IMG/VR virus record: IMGVR_UViG_3300031576_000005
Coordinates: 1 to 64,000 of that record
Direction: 5' to 3' (one strand)
DNA from: a virus
DNA length: 64,000 bases
Position 1 is the first letter of the stretch. Each line of letters begins with the position of its first letter. This document shows, one piece after another, positions 18,119 to 28,347 of the stretch. The notes under the pieces were generated by a model. It was not told where the DNA came from, made no database searches, and saw only the letters and a program-made list of their open reading frames with translations. Both the position numbers and the translations under genes were made by a program.

Positions 18119-19058
18119 CGAAAAAGAAATCCTAACAGAAGAAGATAAAAAGTTCATAATCGACAATTATTCTAAGATGTCTGTTTATCAACTGGCTATT
18201 CGTCTTAATATCAAAACAGAGAATAGGAAGTGTCCTATTATTCTTGATTTTATTAAGAACTCCGGACTACAAATTACGCCAAACTCTCAACCCGTCTCTG
18301 CCGATGTTAAAGCCACGCCACTATCTCCAGAAGAAATCGTCAAATCAATCATTGAAGAAAAAAATATAGATGTAGACAATCCCGATGCAGAAATTGATTA
18401 TCAACAAGTAAGTATCGAAGAGTTTGCTAATGTTTTAAAAGAACTGCATATTTTTGTTAGGACTCCAATAAGTGAAAAAGAAAAGAAAGATATTACTTTT
18501 CTAATCAATCAAATGCAATCTAGGCGATATCTTTATAATTATAAGAGCTATAAGAAGAGGGAATACAAAGATTTATTTCGAGAGGAGTTCGTTCGCGCCC
18601 TTTATGGAAAAGGTGATATGCCGCAAGACGAGGTAAATGATTACATTGACGTATGCAATGAAATAGTTTTTCAATATGATATAAAATGTAAAATTCGTGA
18701 AATAGAAAAAATGAAAGACTCCCCCGGAAATAGCGTAGCACAAATTGTTGCATTTGATAGCTTAATTTTAAATCTAAATGACCAAAACACAAATTCAACA
18801 AAGCGAGCTGGTGAAATTAAAAAGACTCTTGGTGTTAATCGAGAGCAGAGATTAAAAGATAGTCGCCCACAAGGTCTGACCGTTTTAGCTCTTATTGAAG
18901 CCTTTCAGGATAATGAGAAACGAGCCGCGTTAATGAAACTTCAGGAAAATAAAGACAAAGAAATACGAGATACAATGCAAGTCTTAGATGAAATGGATGC
19001 AACCAAAGCCCTAATTCTTGGTGTGGGCATTGATGAAATTTTACAGGGTGGCTTATGA
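18111..19058 (+). CDS. Hypothetical helical protein, possible terminase small subunit
   Basis: N-terminal HTH-like segment, coiled coil, position upstream of TerL. Confidence 0.45.
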   Translation: MSNEKEILTEEDKKFIIDNYSKMSVYQLAIRLNIKTENRKCPIILDFIKNSGLQITPNSQPVSADVKATPLSPEEIVKSIIEEKNIDVDNPDAEIDYQQVSIEEFANVLKELHIFVRTPISEKEKKDITFLINQMQSRRYLYNYKSYKKREYKDLFREEFVRALYGKGDMPQDEVNDYIDVCNEIVFQYDIKCKIREIEKMKDSPGNSVAQIVAFDSLILNLNDQNTNSTKRAGEIKKTLGVNREQRLKDSRPQGLTVLALIEAFQDNEKRAALMKLQENKDKEIRDTMQVLDEMDATKALILGVGIDEILQGGL

Positions 19059-20032
19059 TAGTTTGTAAAGAATGTAATACGGCCTTCGAGAGCGAGAAAT
19101 CATTTCACGGACACTTACGTAAGCACAAGTTGCGAGTGAAGGATTATTATGAGAAATACTATCCAAAGATTTGTCTTTATACGGGTAAGAAATTAAATTG
19201 GAAGGAAGGTGATTCTCTAGAGAACTATCTGTTACGGGATTTTATAGATAAGACATCTTTAAATTTATATTTTGAAAATAAAGACAATTTAGAAGATAAG
19301 AAAAAACAATTGGTTAAAGAGTTAGATAAAGATTATTTAAAGCATAACATTCTTCCGTGTCAGGCTGAATTAGCATCGTTATCTTGCTCACCAAATTTTC
19401 TACATGTTCAAAATTATTTTGATATTCAAGATTTGATTAAAGAAAAAAAATATAAATCAAGATTCGAATATTTTTTCGATTATAACTCTAAACTTCCTTT
19501 AGAAAAAATAGATATTGATAGTTTTTGTATAAATATTGATAGTCGTGAAAAAAGTCCCTACAGATTCTATAATAGCATCGTTGGAAAATTAAATTTCGGG
19601 GATTATTGCATCGCGGGTTCCGGCTTTAACAATATATTTGTTGAGAGAAAGGCAGTCGGAGATTTTGGTTCCACGTTAGTTAGTGGTTATGAAAGATTTT
19701 GTCGTGAGTTAGACAGAGTAAGAGCAGAGAATAGCTATTTAATTATTTTGGTTGAATTTAATTTGCACGAACTCCATCGCCACCGATTTTTTGGTTACGC
19801 TAATAGCGCGATGATATCTCATCAGATGAGGAATATTTATAGGAATTATAGCGACGTTTGTCAATTTACTTTTGGTGGTACTAGAGAACAATGTGTTCAA
19901 TATGTTGTTGAATTTTTGGTTTGTGGGGATAGTTGCCGAAAATTAGATTTACAATTTTATATTGATTGTCACAAGAATAAATTTTGTAGCGTTGAGTTTA
20001 CAAAAAATGATTTAATTAAATTATATGAATGA
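19055..20032 (+). CDS. C2H2 zinc finger + ERCC4 (XPF/Mus81-type) nuclease
   Basis: CKEC...HGHLRKH; IDSRE...GDY...VERKAVGD ERCC4 motif. Confidence 0.8.
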   Translation: MIVCKECNTAFESEKSFHGHLRKHKLRVKDYYEKYYPKICLYTGKKLNWKEGDSLENYLLRDFIDKTSLNLYFENKDNLEDKKKQLVKELDKDYLKHNILPCQAELASLSCSPNFLHVQNYFDIQDLIKEKKYKSRFEYFFDYNSKLPLEKIDIDSFCINIDSREKSPYRFYNSIVGKLNFGDYCIAGSGFNNIFVERKAVGDFGSTLVSGYERFCRELDRVRAENSYLIILVEFNLHELHRHRFFGYANSAMISHQMRNIYRNYSDVCQFTFGGTREQCVQYVVEFLVCGDSCRKLDLQFYIDCHKNKFCSVEFTKNDLIKLYE

Positions 20033-20903
20033 CATGAATAATAAAAAAAATTGTACGTGTTGTAAATTAGAAAAGGATTTAGAGATGTTTTCTTTAAATA
20101 AAGGAAAAAAAACTGGTAGAAACTGTACTTGTAAAAAATGTGTTAGAGAAAAATTTCACATTAAATACGAAACTGACCCAGTTTATAAAGAAAAAGTTGA
20201 TAGATATAAAAGAGAATATTATATTCGACGTAAGAAACATATTTTAAATAAAGCTAAAAAACATTTTAAAAAAAATAAAAAAGAGATTAAATTAAAACAA
20301 AAAAAATATTATTTAAAAAATAGAGAAAGATTTTTAGATATATCTAAAGAATATAGGCTAGAGAATAAAGAAAAAATAAAACAACGAGATAAAAAATATC
20401 GAAAGAAAAACAGAAAAAAACTTCTTTTACAAGCCGCAAAATATCGTGAAAATAATAGAGAAAAGCTTAGAGCCGGATATAAAATATATAAGATTAATAA
20501 TAAAGAAAAAGTTAAAAAACGAAACAAAATATATAAACAGAAAAATCGAAAGCGTTTAAATAAATATGCTGTAAATAAAAGAAAAACAGATATTCAATTT
20601 TGTTTAAAATGTCGTCTTCGACAACAAGTATGTAAGGCATTAAGAGGTAATTCTAAATCAAAAACAACTTTAGAATTATTGGGATGTACTATCCAAGAAT
20701 TTAAAAAATATTTAGAATCTAAATTTCAACCAGGAATGACATGGGAAAATCGCGGACTTTTTGGTTGGCATATTGACCATATCCGGCCATGTAGTTCCTT
20801 CCTTCTAGAAAAACCATCCGAACAACGCAAATGTTTTCATTATACAAATTTACAACCTCTATAGGCCGAAGAAAATTTATCTAAAAGTAATAAAATTTTA
20901 TAA
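20025..20903 (+). pseudogene. Lys-rich HNH endonuclease with premature TAG at 20862-20864
   Basis: WHIDHIRPC...FHYTNLQPL*AEENLSKSNKIL; the family motif is NLQPLWAxENL, and the read-through frame ends 1 nt before the TerL ATG. Confidence 0.75.
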
Positions 20904-20904
20904 C

Positions 20905-22710
20905 ATGTTAATACATTCAAACTTCCAGATTTCTCCTTTTCGAAATAAGAAATATGACGTTCTTCTTAGAACCCCAGTGTTAGAACGCTCTGAAGCTGAA
21001 AGCGTATTATGTTATTATTTATTAAGAAATATAGATGCTTTTTGTTATTTTGTTTTGGGTTGTGAGATGTTACCTTTTCAATCTATAATTTTACGAACAT
21101 TGATTCGAAAGCCCTTTCCAATGTTAATTTTATCGCGTGGTGGAAGCAAAACCTGGAGTTTGGGAATTTATTCAGTGATTCGAGCTTGTATTACAAGTGG
21201 TTCTAAGGTGGTAATGGTCGGTTCTTCAAGGCGTCAAAGTAGATTTATATTCGAGGAGGCAAAAAAAGTTTATTATAATCCTAAAGCCTCCTTATTTCGA
21301 GAACTTGTTCCTAAGCCACCCACAGATTTGCCAGAGGCTTCAACTATGATAGTAAGAGGTACGGATAAACAATCTTTGATTGCCGCCTACCCTTTGGGTG
21401 CTGGTGAAAAAATTAGAGGGATTCGTAGTAGCCATTTAATAGTCGATGAATTCAACGTGGTCCCAAACGACATCTTTAACACTGTACTTAAACCCACTTC
21501 TGCTGTTTCTATTAATCCTGTCGATAAAGTAAAAAGAATAAAAAGAGAAAAAGAGCTAATAGATGCTGGCATTATTAGTTCTGATGACGCAACGGAATTT
21601 GATGATAACCAAATTATTATATCAAGTAGCGCTTCATATCAATTTACTTTTATGTACCAGCTTTATAAGGAATATAAGAAAATAATTTTAGAAGGAGCCG
21701 AATCACATGATAAAAAAGTAATAAAAAATGCTTCTAAATATTGTATAATACAGCTTGGCTGTGATAGTATAACAAAAGTAGCTCCGGGATATTTAGATGA
21801 ATCTAATTTAGAAAATGCTAGGTCGATGTTACCTTCGGACCGTTTCGATACAGAATATGGTGCTCAGTTCGTTAGCGATAGCGGTGGATTTATTAAGAGG
21901 TCTTTAATTGATTCTAGAAGTTTGAAGATTAATGAAGCCCCTATTGTTGAAATTAGTGCACAATCTGGTTATGTGTATATATTGTCCGCCGACCCTAGTT
22001 CAGGCGAAAACGAAAAAAATGATTTCTTTGGAATTGTTGTGATAAAATTAGATATGACCACACGCACGTCCTATATCGTTAACGCTTCCGCTTCATCTGG
22101 CAAAGGCTGGCCCTACTACGTCGCCCTAGTAAAAGAATATATGAATAATTTTAACCCCGTATACATAATCTCCGATGCTTTTGGTGGCGGGAGTCAAATG
22201 GCCTCGCTATTATGTAGTCCTGACTTCGCCAACAAAGAAAAAGGGGAGCGCCCACTTGTTTCTATAGATAAAGATGATATAAAAACCTATTGCCATGCTT
22301 CAAATAGAATCTTAAGGATGAACACCCCGACTAACCAATTTAACGAAGCCAGCAATACACATTTAAAATCTCTATTAGAACATAAAAAAATATGGTTTGC
22401 CGCGCCGATTGATGAAGCCACATATACTAAACATGATTCTAAATCTATAGAAAAGCTTGAAGAAGCTTCTGAAATGATAGAATTAGCAAAAAATCAAATA
22501 AGTTTAATTGTCGGAAGTCAAGGTTCAAATGGGCTAACGACCTTCAATATGCCAGAAAGTTTGGGTAAAATACATAAAAAAGAAAGAATGAGAAAAGATT
22601 TATATTCAGCCGCCTTGTTAGGAGCTTGGGGCGTAAAAGAATATCTTGATATTGTAGATGGGGGTAATCAGAAAACCACTACTTATTGCCCGGTTGTTCT
22701 TACAAGCTAA
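20905..22710 (+). CDS. terL: Terminase large subunit
   Basis: Walker A SRGGSKT, Walker B HLIVDE, coupling SSA, RNaseH-like SADP...ND...KDLYSA. Confidence 0.9.
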   Translation: MLIHSNFQISPFRNKKYDVLLRTPVLERSEAESVLCYYLLRNIDAFCYFVLGCEMLPFQSIILRTLIRKPFPMLILSRGGSKTWSLGIYSVIRACITSGSKVVMVGSSRRQSRFIFEEAKKVYYNPKASLFRELVPKPPTDLPEASTMIVRGTDKQSLIAAYPLGAGEKIRGIRSSHLIVDEFNVVPNDIFNTVLKPTSAVSINPVDKVKRIKREKELIDAGIISSDDATEFDDNQIIISSSASYQFTFMYQLYKEYKKIILEGAESHDKKVIKNASKYCIIQLGCDSITKVAPGYLDESNLENARSMLPSDRFDTEYGAQFVSDSGGFIKRSLIDSRSLKINEAPIVEISAQSGYVYILSADPSSGENEKNDFFGIVVIKLDMTTRTSYIVNASASSGKGWPYYVALVKEYMNNFNPVYIISDAFGGGSQMASLLCSPDFANKEKGERPLVSIDKDDIKTYCHASNRILRMNTPTNQFNEASNTHLKSLLEHKKIWFAAPIDEATYTKHDSKSIEKLEEASEMIELAKNQISLIVGSQGSNGLTTFNMPESLGKIHKKERMRKDLYSAALLGAWGVKEYLDIVDGGNQKTTTYCPVVLTS

Positions 22711-22714
22711 GCTG

Positions 22715-22740
22715 AAAAGTGTAAAATTTAATGTAAAAAT
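22715..22740 (+). repeat. 26-nt promoter repeat AAAAGTGTAAAATTTAATGTAAAAAT (second copy 27324-27349)
   Basis: Identical sequence upstream of 22747 and 27352. Confidence 0.85.
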
Positions 22741-22746
22741 TTTTTT

Positions 22747-25476
22747 ATGCGTGAACCGTTGCTTTCTTCAACAGGGAAGTTTTTCCCAATTTGGTCTGGT
22801 TTCGTTGACCCTTCATTAAGACCCGCTTTGATGATTGCAAGGGATGGGTCTGGATACAGACCCGTTGATATTGGTGAATTAGGTACTACGGCTATTGCTA
22901 GTGGTCTTAATGTTAATATTACCGGAATAGTTAATAATGAACAAGTTACACAAATTGCTGGCTCTGGAAATGTTGATACAGCTAATAAAGTTTTTGTTGA
23001 TTCTCAAGGTCGTTTCTTTACATTATCTTCGCAAACCGGAATTTGGTCTGTTGGTTTAACCGGTACTAATAATGTTACCTTAACCAATCCAGTTTCACAA
23101 GTTTCAATTACTGGTCAACCAATTAATGTAAACGCAGGACAAAGTGGAGCGTGGACAGTTTCTTTAACTGGTTCTAATAGTATAACCATTTCAAACCCAC
23201 AGACCCAGGTCGGAATCACAGGTCAACCCATAAATGTCAACGCGGGTCAAAGTGGTTCTTGGGGAGTTTTAGCGGCTCAAAGCGGAGCATTTACAGCCTC
23301 AGTTGCACAAAGTGGCGCGTGGTCATTTACAGAACTTAATCCTACAACAAAAGTAGGAATTACTGGAGTCACGGGTTTGGGTGCAGATGTAGTTCTCGCG
23401 GGCGGGTATAATTCGATTTCTACGATTATTACATCTGGAACATTAACCGCAACCATTAGCAATCCTATAAGTCAAGTTGGAATAACAGGGCAACCCATCA
23501 ACGTTAACGCCGGACAAAGCGGAGCTTGGAATGTGTTAGCCGCGCAAAGTGGCGCTTGGAGCACTACAAATTTAAACCCACAAACGATTGTTGGAATTAG
23601 TGGCACGACTGGCCTCGCCATACAAGTAATTTCTTCTAACGGATATAATTCGATTCCAGTAATGATTACGTCGGGAGATATTGAGCTTGGTTCTTTATCC
23701 GTCGCTCAAAGTGGTGCATGGTCTGTCTTAGCAGCGCAGAGTGGCACTTGGAATATAACAGATTTAAGCCCTCAAACGAAGGTGGGTATAACTGGCGTTA
23801 CTGGTCTAGGAGTAGATGTAGTTTCTGCTGGTGGATATAATTCTATACCAACTATCATTACGTCAGGAACTGTAACCGCAACACTCTCTAACGGGGCTAC
23901 TAAAGTTGGAATTACTGGTGTAACGGGATTGGGTGTAGATGTGACTTTAGCCGGCGGATACAATTCTTTGGCCTCGATTGTAACGTCTGGTTCTGTAACG
24001 GCTACAATTTCGAATCCCGTTTCTCAAGTTAGCATAACTGGTCAGCCAATAAACGTCAATGCTGGGCAGAGTGGAGCATGGAATGTCCTTGCCGCACAAA
24101 GTGGCGCTTTCAATGCTTTGGTAGCTCAAAGTGGAGCATGGAGCGTCACAACACTCAACCCACAAACAAAAGTTGGAATTACGGGGACAACCGGTTTAGG
24201 TGCTGATGTTGTGCTCGCAGGCGGATATAATTCTATTTCAACTATCGTTACTTCTGGAAATATTGATGCAAATCAAAAAGGCGCGTGGAATGTATCTTCC
24301 GCTCAAAGTGGAACATGGGGAGTTTTAGCGAGACAAAGCGGAGAATTTACGGCGTTAGTTGCACAAAGCGGCGCATGGTCTACTACGACATTGAATCCTC
24401 AAACGAAAGTGGGAATAACCGGAGTTACTGGTCTTGGAGTTGATTCAGCACTTACCAATGGATACAACTCTTTAGCTGTAATGATAACTTCTGGTAGTAC
24501 TACTGCCACAATTTCAAATCCACAGACTCAGGTCGGAATCACCGGTCAACCTATAAATGTTAACGCTGGACAATCTGGGACTTGGACAGTAAGTTTAACG
24601 GGTTCTAACTCTATAACGATTTCTAACCCTGGTACAAAAGTTGGAATAACTGGCGTCACTGGATTAGGTGCAGATGTCGTTTTAGCGGGGGGATACAATT
24701 CATTATCAGTTATTGTTCCTTCTGGAGCTGTTAATTCTACTCAACAAGGAGCTTGGAATGTTTCCTCTGCACAAAGCGGAGGATGGAACGTATTAGCCAA
24801 ACAAAGTGGAGAATTTACAGCTTTGGTGGCTCAGAGTGGCGCTTGGTCTTTCACACAACTTAATCCCCAAACTAAAGTCGGTATTACTGGGGCGAACGGT
24901 TCTGGAATAGATTCTCTTTTGGTTGGCAACTATAATTCTCTAACAGTTGCTATAACTTCTGGAGCTAGTAATACTACAAATTTTGGAATTACTGGAGTGA
25001 CTGGACTTGGTACAGATGTTGTCTTAGCTGGTGGATATAACTCTATTCCTGTAATAATTACATCAGGCTTACCTTCCCTAGCGTCTGGAATTTTATCTTC
25101 AGTTGGTATTAGTGGTTCGACTGGTTTGCTAGCTACAGTAACCGGAGCATACGGAACTAACGCATTATGTGTCGCCATAACCTCTGGCAATTCTTTTGTT
25201 CGTGGTAGTGGTGCTAATAGGGGTCACAGAATTACCACTAGTGGTGTTTCACAGCAAGTTGCCGCTGCGAATGCTAATCGAAGATATTTAAAAGTTCAAA
25301 ACATTGACGATACAAACATGTGGGTTAATTATGGTAGTGTAGCAAGTAGTGGAAGCGGTTCATTTATCATTTATCCAGCCGGTTCAGATGTTTATGAAGC
25401 GGGATTTATCGAAACAGGAAGTGTTAATGTTTTTGGGTTAGTTGCAGGAAAACAATATACAATAAAAGAAGCTTAA
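22747..25476 (+). CDS. Repeat-rich virion fibre/spike protein (S/T-G rich)
   Basis: Modules AQSGAW.V, NPxTKVGITGVTGLGxDVVLAGGYNS and QVxITGQPINVNAGQSG; N-terminus shared with 27352. Confidence 0.75.
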   Translation: MREPLLSSTGKFFPIWSGFVDPSLRPALMIARDGSGYRPVDIGELGTTAIASGLNVNITGIVNNEQVTQIAGSGNVDTANKVFVDSQGRFFTLSSQTGIWSVGLTGTNNVTLTNPVSQVSITGQPINVNAGQSGAWTVSLTGSNSITISNPQTQVGITGQPINVNAGQSGSWGVLAAQSGAFTASVAQSGAWSFTELNPTTKVGITGVTGLGADVVLAGGYNSISTIITSGTLTATISNPISQVGITGQPINVNAGQSGAWNVLAAQSGAWSTTNLNPQTIVGISGTTGLAIQVISSNGYNSIPVMITSGDIELGSLSVAQSGAWSVLAAQSGTWNITDLSPQTKVGITGVTGLGVDVVSAGGYNSIPTIITSGTVTATLSNGATKVGITGVTGLGVDVTLAGGYNSLASIVTSGSVTATISNPVSQVSITGQPINVNAGQSGAWNVLAAQSGAFNALVAQSGAWSVTTLNPQTKVGITGTTGLGADVVLAGGYNSISTIVTSGNIDANQKGAWNVSSAQSGTWGVLARQSGEFTALVAQSGAWSTTTLNPQTKVGITGVTGLGVDSALTNGYNSLAVMITSGSTTATISNPQTQVGITGQPINVNAGQSGTWTVSLTGSNSITISNPGTKVGITGVTGLGADVVLAGGYNSLSVIVPSGAVNSTQQGAWNVSSAQSGGWNVLAKQSGEFTALVAQSGAWSFTQLNPQTKVGITGANGSGIDSLLVGNYNSLTVAITSGASNTTNFGITGVTGLGTDVVLAGGYNSIPVIITSGLPSLASGILSSVGISGSTGLLATVTGAYGTNALCVAITSGNSFVRGSGANRGHRITTSGVSQQVAAANANRRYLKVQNIDDTNMWVNYGSVASSGSGSFIIYPAGSDVYEAGFIETGSVNVFGLVAGKQYTIKEA

Positions 25477-25477
25477 T

Positions 25478-27295
25478 ATGTCAAATAAAAAGCGACATAA
25501 TCAAAAAAATAATCACAGTATTACTAACTACGAGCCACAAACTCTTTTAGATATTGAGGGTTCTAATAATGATATAGAGTTAGCTAGAAAAATGTATCAA
25601 AAAGTTGCGGCTTCTTGTCTGCCCACCGGTTCTACTAGTTTTCGTGGTAACGCCGCCTATCGAGGTCAAGATATGGATAAGTATGGCGCTCTTGAAAATA
25701 GTTTCATGACGCCTAAAATGGCGATAAGATTATCTCAGGTTGTATATTATAAATTCGGATTAATTCGTCATGCCATAGACACTATGGCAGAATTCACGGT
25801 GAGTGAAGTAGACTTTCTTTCAAAGAAAAAGGCTGCTCGTGATGCTATGTTAGGATGGGCGTCGGGAGTTGGATTAAAGTCATTTTTAGACCAAGTTGCT
25901 CTTGAGTATTATCGCTCTGGAAACGTATATATCTATCGCTTCGAAAGTAGGATAAAAGATTCTGCTGTACGCGACCTAAATAATCTTTTCGGATTAAAAA
26001 CAAATAGTTCGGTGATGATTCCTACTAAATATACAATCATCGACCCAAATTTAGTAAATTTTGTTTCTGGGAATCTGTTTAATAATTATCTTTATCAGAT
26101 AGTGATTCCAGCTTCGGAGGCAAAACTAATTATCCAACAATATAAAAGCAAGCCAGAAGAACTACAACAGCTTCCTGTTGAATTTTCTGATGCTATTAAA
26201 AAATATCTTGGAGGAAATAGTTCTAGGGCGGGTGATTTAGTTGTCGCATTGAAGCCAGAAAATATTATTGTTTTATATCGAAAAAAACAACCATATGAAC
26301 CATATGCTTGGCCATTTTTATCTGGGGCATTTGACGATTTGGAATTTCGTCAAGAATTAAGAAATATGGATAAAGCTCTCTCTAGGGTAATTGCCAAAAT
26401 CCTTATTCATGTGGCGGTTGGTGATAAAGACCATATTCCTTCTCCAGAAGCTTTAGATGCAATTAGAAATAAACTTTCTAATGCTTCGACTAGTACATAT
26501 TTAATTACTGATGGCGCTGTAAAAATCAATCAATATTATCCTGATATTGCTAATATGCTAGACCCAAAGAAATACGAAGCAGTGAATAAAGATATATTAA
26601 CGGCGTTAGGGATTTCCGATGCGGTTTATGGCAACGGGGCTGGCAGTTTTTCTAATAATTTTCTTGGTATTAAAGTTTTGGTTGAAAGAATCGTTGATGG
26701 CCGCGACAAGATTTTAAAAGAATTTCTCATTCCAGAATGCAAAAGGATGAGCAAACTATTTAATTTTAAAACCGAAGTGAAGCCAGAAATTAAGGGAGCG
26801 GATTTAAATGATGAGAAAGAAATGGCTAAAATATATACTCGTCTTTATGAAGATGGAGTATTTTCTCCACAAAGTGTTATCGAAAGCATTCGAGATAGCC
26901 GGCTTCCTACTTACGACGAAGAAGTTGAACGACAACAAGAGGCAAAGGAACTCAAAGACCAAGGATTATTTGTTCCTTCGGCTAATCGTGGAGGCGATAG
27001 TCAGAAAAGCGGTCGTCCAACTGGCGAAAGTAATAAATCTCAAACGGGGCCTAAATCAACCACACCAAATGGTTCAAATGCTGTAATAATCCGTTCCTTT
27101 ACAAAAGAGGAACACGCGACTACAATTAATGAGGCGTTAAGCTATCTAAAATCAGAATTAAATATAAACAAATTCTCTAAAGAACAGAAAAAATTTGTAG
27201 AAAATGCTTGTACTGATTTTCTTTTAAAACAATCTTACAATCACAAAGATTTAACAGAATTTTTGAATCAAATCTATAACAAGACTACAAAATAG
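25478..27295 (+). CDS. Portal protein
   Basis: Position after TerL; AIDTMAEF, EYYRSGNVYIY, KKQPYEPYAWP, GRP near C-terminus. Confidence 0.8.
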   Translation: MSNKKRHNQKNNHSITNYEPQTLLDIEGSNNDIELARKMYQKVAASCLPTGSTSFRGNAAYRGQDMDKYGALENSFMTPKMAIRLSQVVYYKFGLIRHAIDTMAEFTVSEVDFLSKKKAARDAMLGWASGVGLKSFLDQVALEYYRSGNVYIYRFESRIKDSAVRDLNNLFGLKTNSSVMIPTKYTIIDPNLVNFVSGNLFNNYLYQIVIPASEAKLIIQQYKSKPEELQQLPVEFSDAIKKYLGGNSSRAGDLVVALKPENIIVLYRKKQPYEPYAWPFLSGAFDDLEFRQELRNMDKALSRVIAKILIHVAVGDKDHIPSPEALDAIRNKLSNASTSTYLITDGAVKINQYYPDIANMLDPKKYEAVNKDILTALGISDAVYGNGAGSFSNNFLGIKVLVERIVDGRDKILKEFLIPECKRMSKLFNFKTEVKPEIKGADLNDEKEMAKIYTRLYEDGVFSPQSVIESIRDSRLPTYDEEVERQQEAKELKDQGLFVPSANRGGDSQKSGRPTGESNKSQTGPKSTTPNGSNAVIIRSFTKEEHATTINEALSYLKSELNINKFSKEQKKFVENACTDFLLKQSYNHKDLTEFLNQIYNKTTK

Positions 27296-27351
27296 AAAAC
27301 TATATATTTCGAACTAATTCCCAAAAAGTGTAAAATTTAATGTAAAAATAT

Positions 27352-27822
27352 ATGCATTCTCCATTTATATCTAGCACTAGTCTATTTTTCCCTGTTTGGT
27401 CCGGTTTTTCCGACCCCTCTCTTAGACCAACCCTTATGGTCGCAAGGGATGGCTCTGGCTATCGACCGGTTGAAATTGCGGAATTTGGTGGCGATATCTT
27501 AATTAGTGGAATTACAGTCAGTAATAAGCCAGCGCTTCCCGTTTCTCAAGGAACCTACGGAATTTCTTTAACCGGAACTGGTAGTTTTAGCAATTATTCC
27601 AGCTCAATCCCAACCGCTACCGGCGCGGTTGTAAGTTTAAGTGTTGAACCACATTCTGATAATAATGATATTATATATTATGCGTTTAGTGGAAATGCTA
27701 CAACGGGTAATGCTTGGGAAATTAGGGGCGATAGAACATTTGAGATTGTTAATAACTCAAGTCTATTTTTTGCACAACGGACTTCTGGCCAAATAGTAAT
27801 GGTTCATTTTCAGACATTTTAA
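27352..27822 (+). CDS. Virion protein; N-terminal ~45 aa paralogous to 22747
   Basis: FFPVWSGFSDPSLRPTLMVARDGSGYRPVEI versus FFPIWSGFVDPSLRPALMIARDGSGYRPVDI. Confidence 0.75.
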   Translation: MHSPFISSTSLFFPVWSGFSDPSLRPTLMVARDGSGYRPVEIAEFGGDILISGITVSNKPALPVSQGTYGISLTGTGSFSNYSSSIPTATGAVVSLSVEPHSDNNDIIYYAFSGNATTGNAWEIRGDRTFEIVNNSSLFFAQRTSGQIVMVHFQTF

Positions 27823-27825
27823 TGT

Positions 27826-28335
27826 ATGCAAGGTTCTATAATTCCTACGACGGTTAATGCCGCAAAGGGCTTAAGAGTAAGCGGGACAACTGTTACTGTT
27901 TCGTCTGCCGCGCCTCCGTCGGCTGGACAAGTTTTAACAGCTTTAACATCTACTACGGCAAATTGGCAGACCCCATCGGCTGGCGGCGGTGGTTCTAGTT
28001 TTGCTAGCGGAATTAATGTTACTGGAAATGCTATTTTTAATAGCGGCGTTCAGTTTCATATTAATACGGTTACCGGAACTCCTTATACCGGTACGCAGAA
28101 TGATTATATTATTGCCGCAGCATTTCCTTCTGGTACATCTGGAGTGATTGTTTTGCCAAGCACACTAAATAATGGAACATTTTTTATTATTAAAGATGAT
28201 GTTGGTAGTGGATTAAGTTATAATATAACTATTAGCGGTTCTCCCAATATTGATGGAAGTGGTAATTTTATTATAAATTCTGACTATGAATCTATAAATG
28301 TTTACAAATCTACCAATGGATGGCGAATTGTTTAA
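27826..28335 (+). CDS. Short fibre-type virion protein with shared C-terminal domain
   Basis: GQVLT...ANWQTP motif; C-terminal LP...G..FIIKD...IDG...I...YES...W.IV. Confidence 0.7.
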   Translation: MQGSIIPTTVNAAKGLRVSGTTVTVSSAAPPSAGQVLTALTSTTANWQTPSAGGGGSSFASGINVTGNAIFNSGVQFHINTVTGTPYTGTQNDYIIAAAFPSGTSGVIVLPSTLNNGTFFIIKDDVGSGLSYNITISGSPNIDGSGNFIINSDYESINVYKSTNGWRIV

Positions 28336-28347
28336 ATATAAAATTTT

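Noticed and set aside
20862-20864. Genome-wide TAG (or TGA) stop-codon reassignment
   Set aside because: Long genes are intact under code 11. TAG ends the portal, 38985, 45264 and 56983, and TGA ends 18111 and 19055 with overlapping next starts. The single in-frame TAG replaces an expected Trp.
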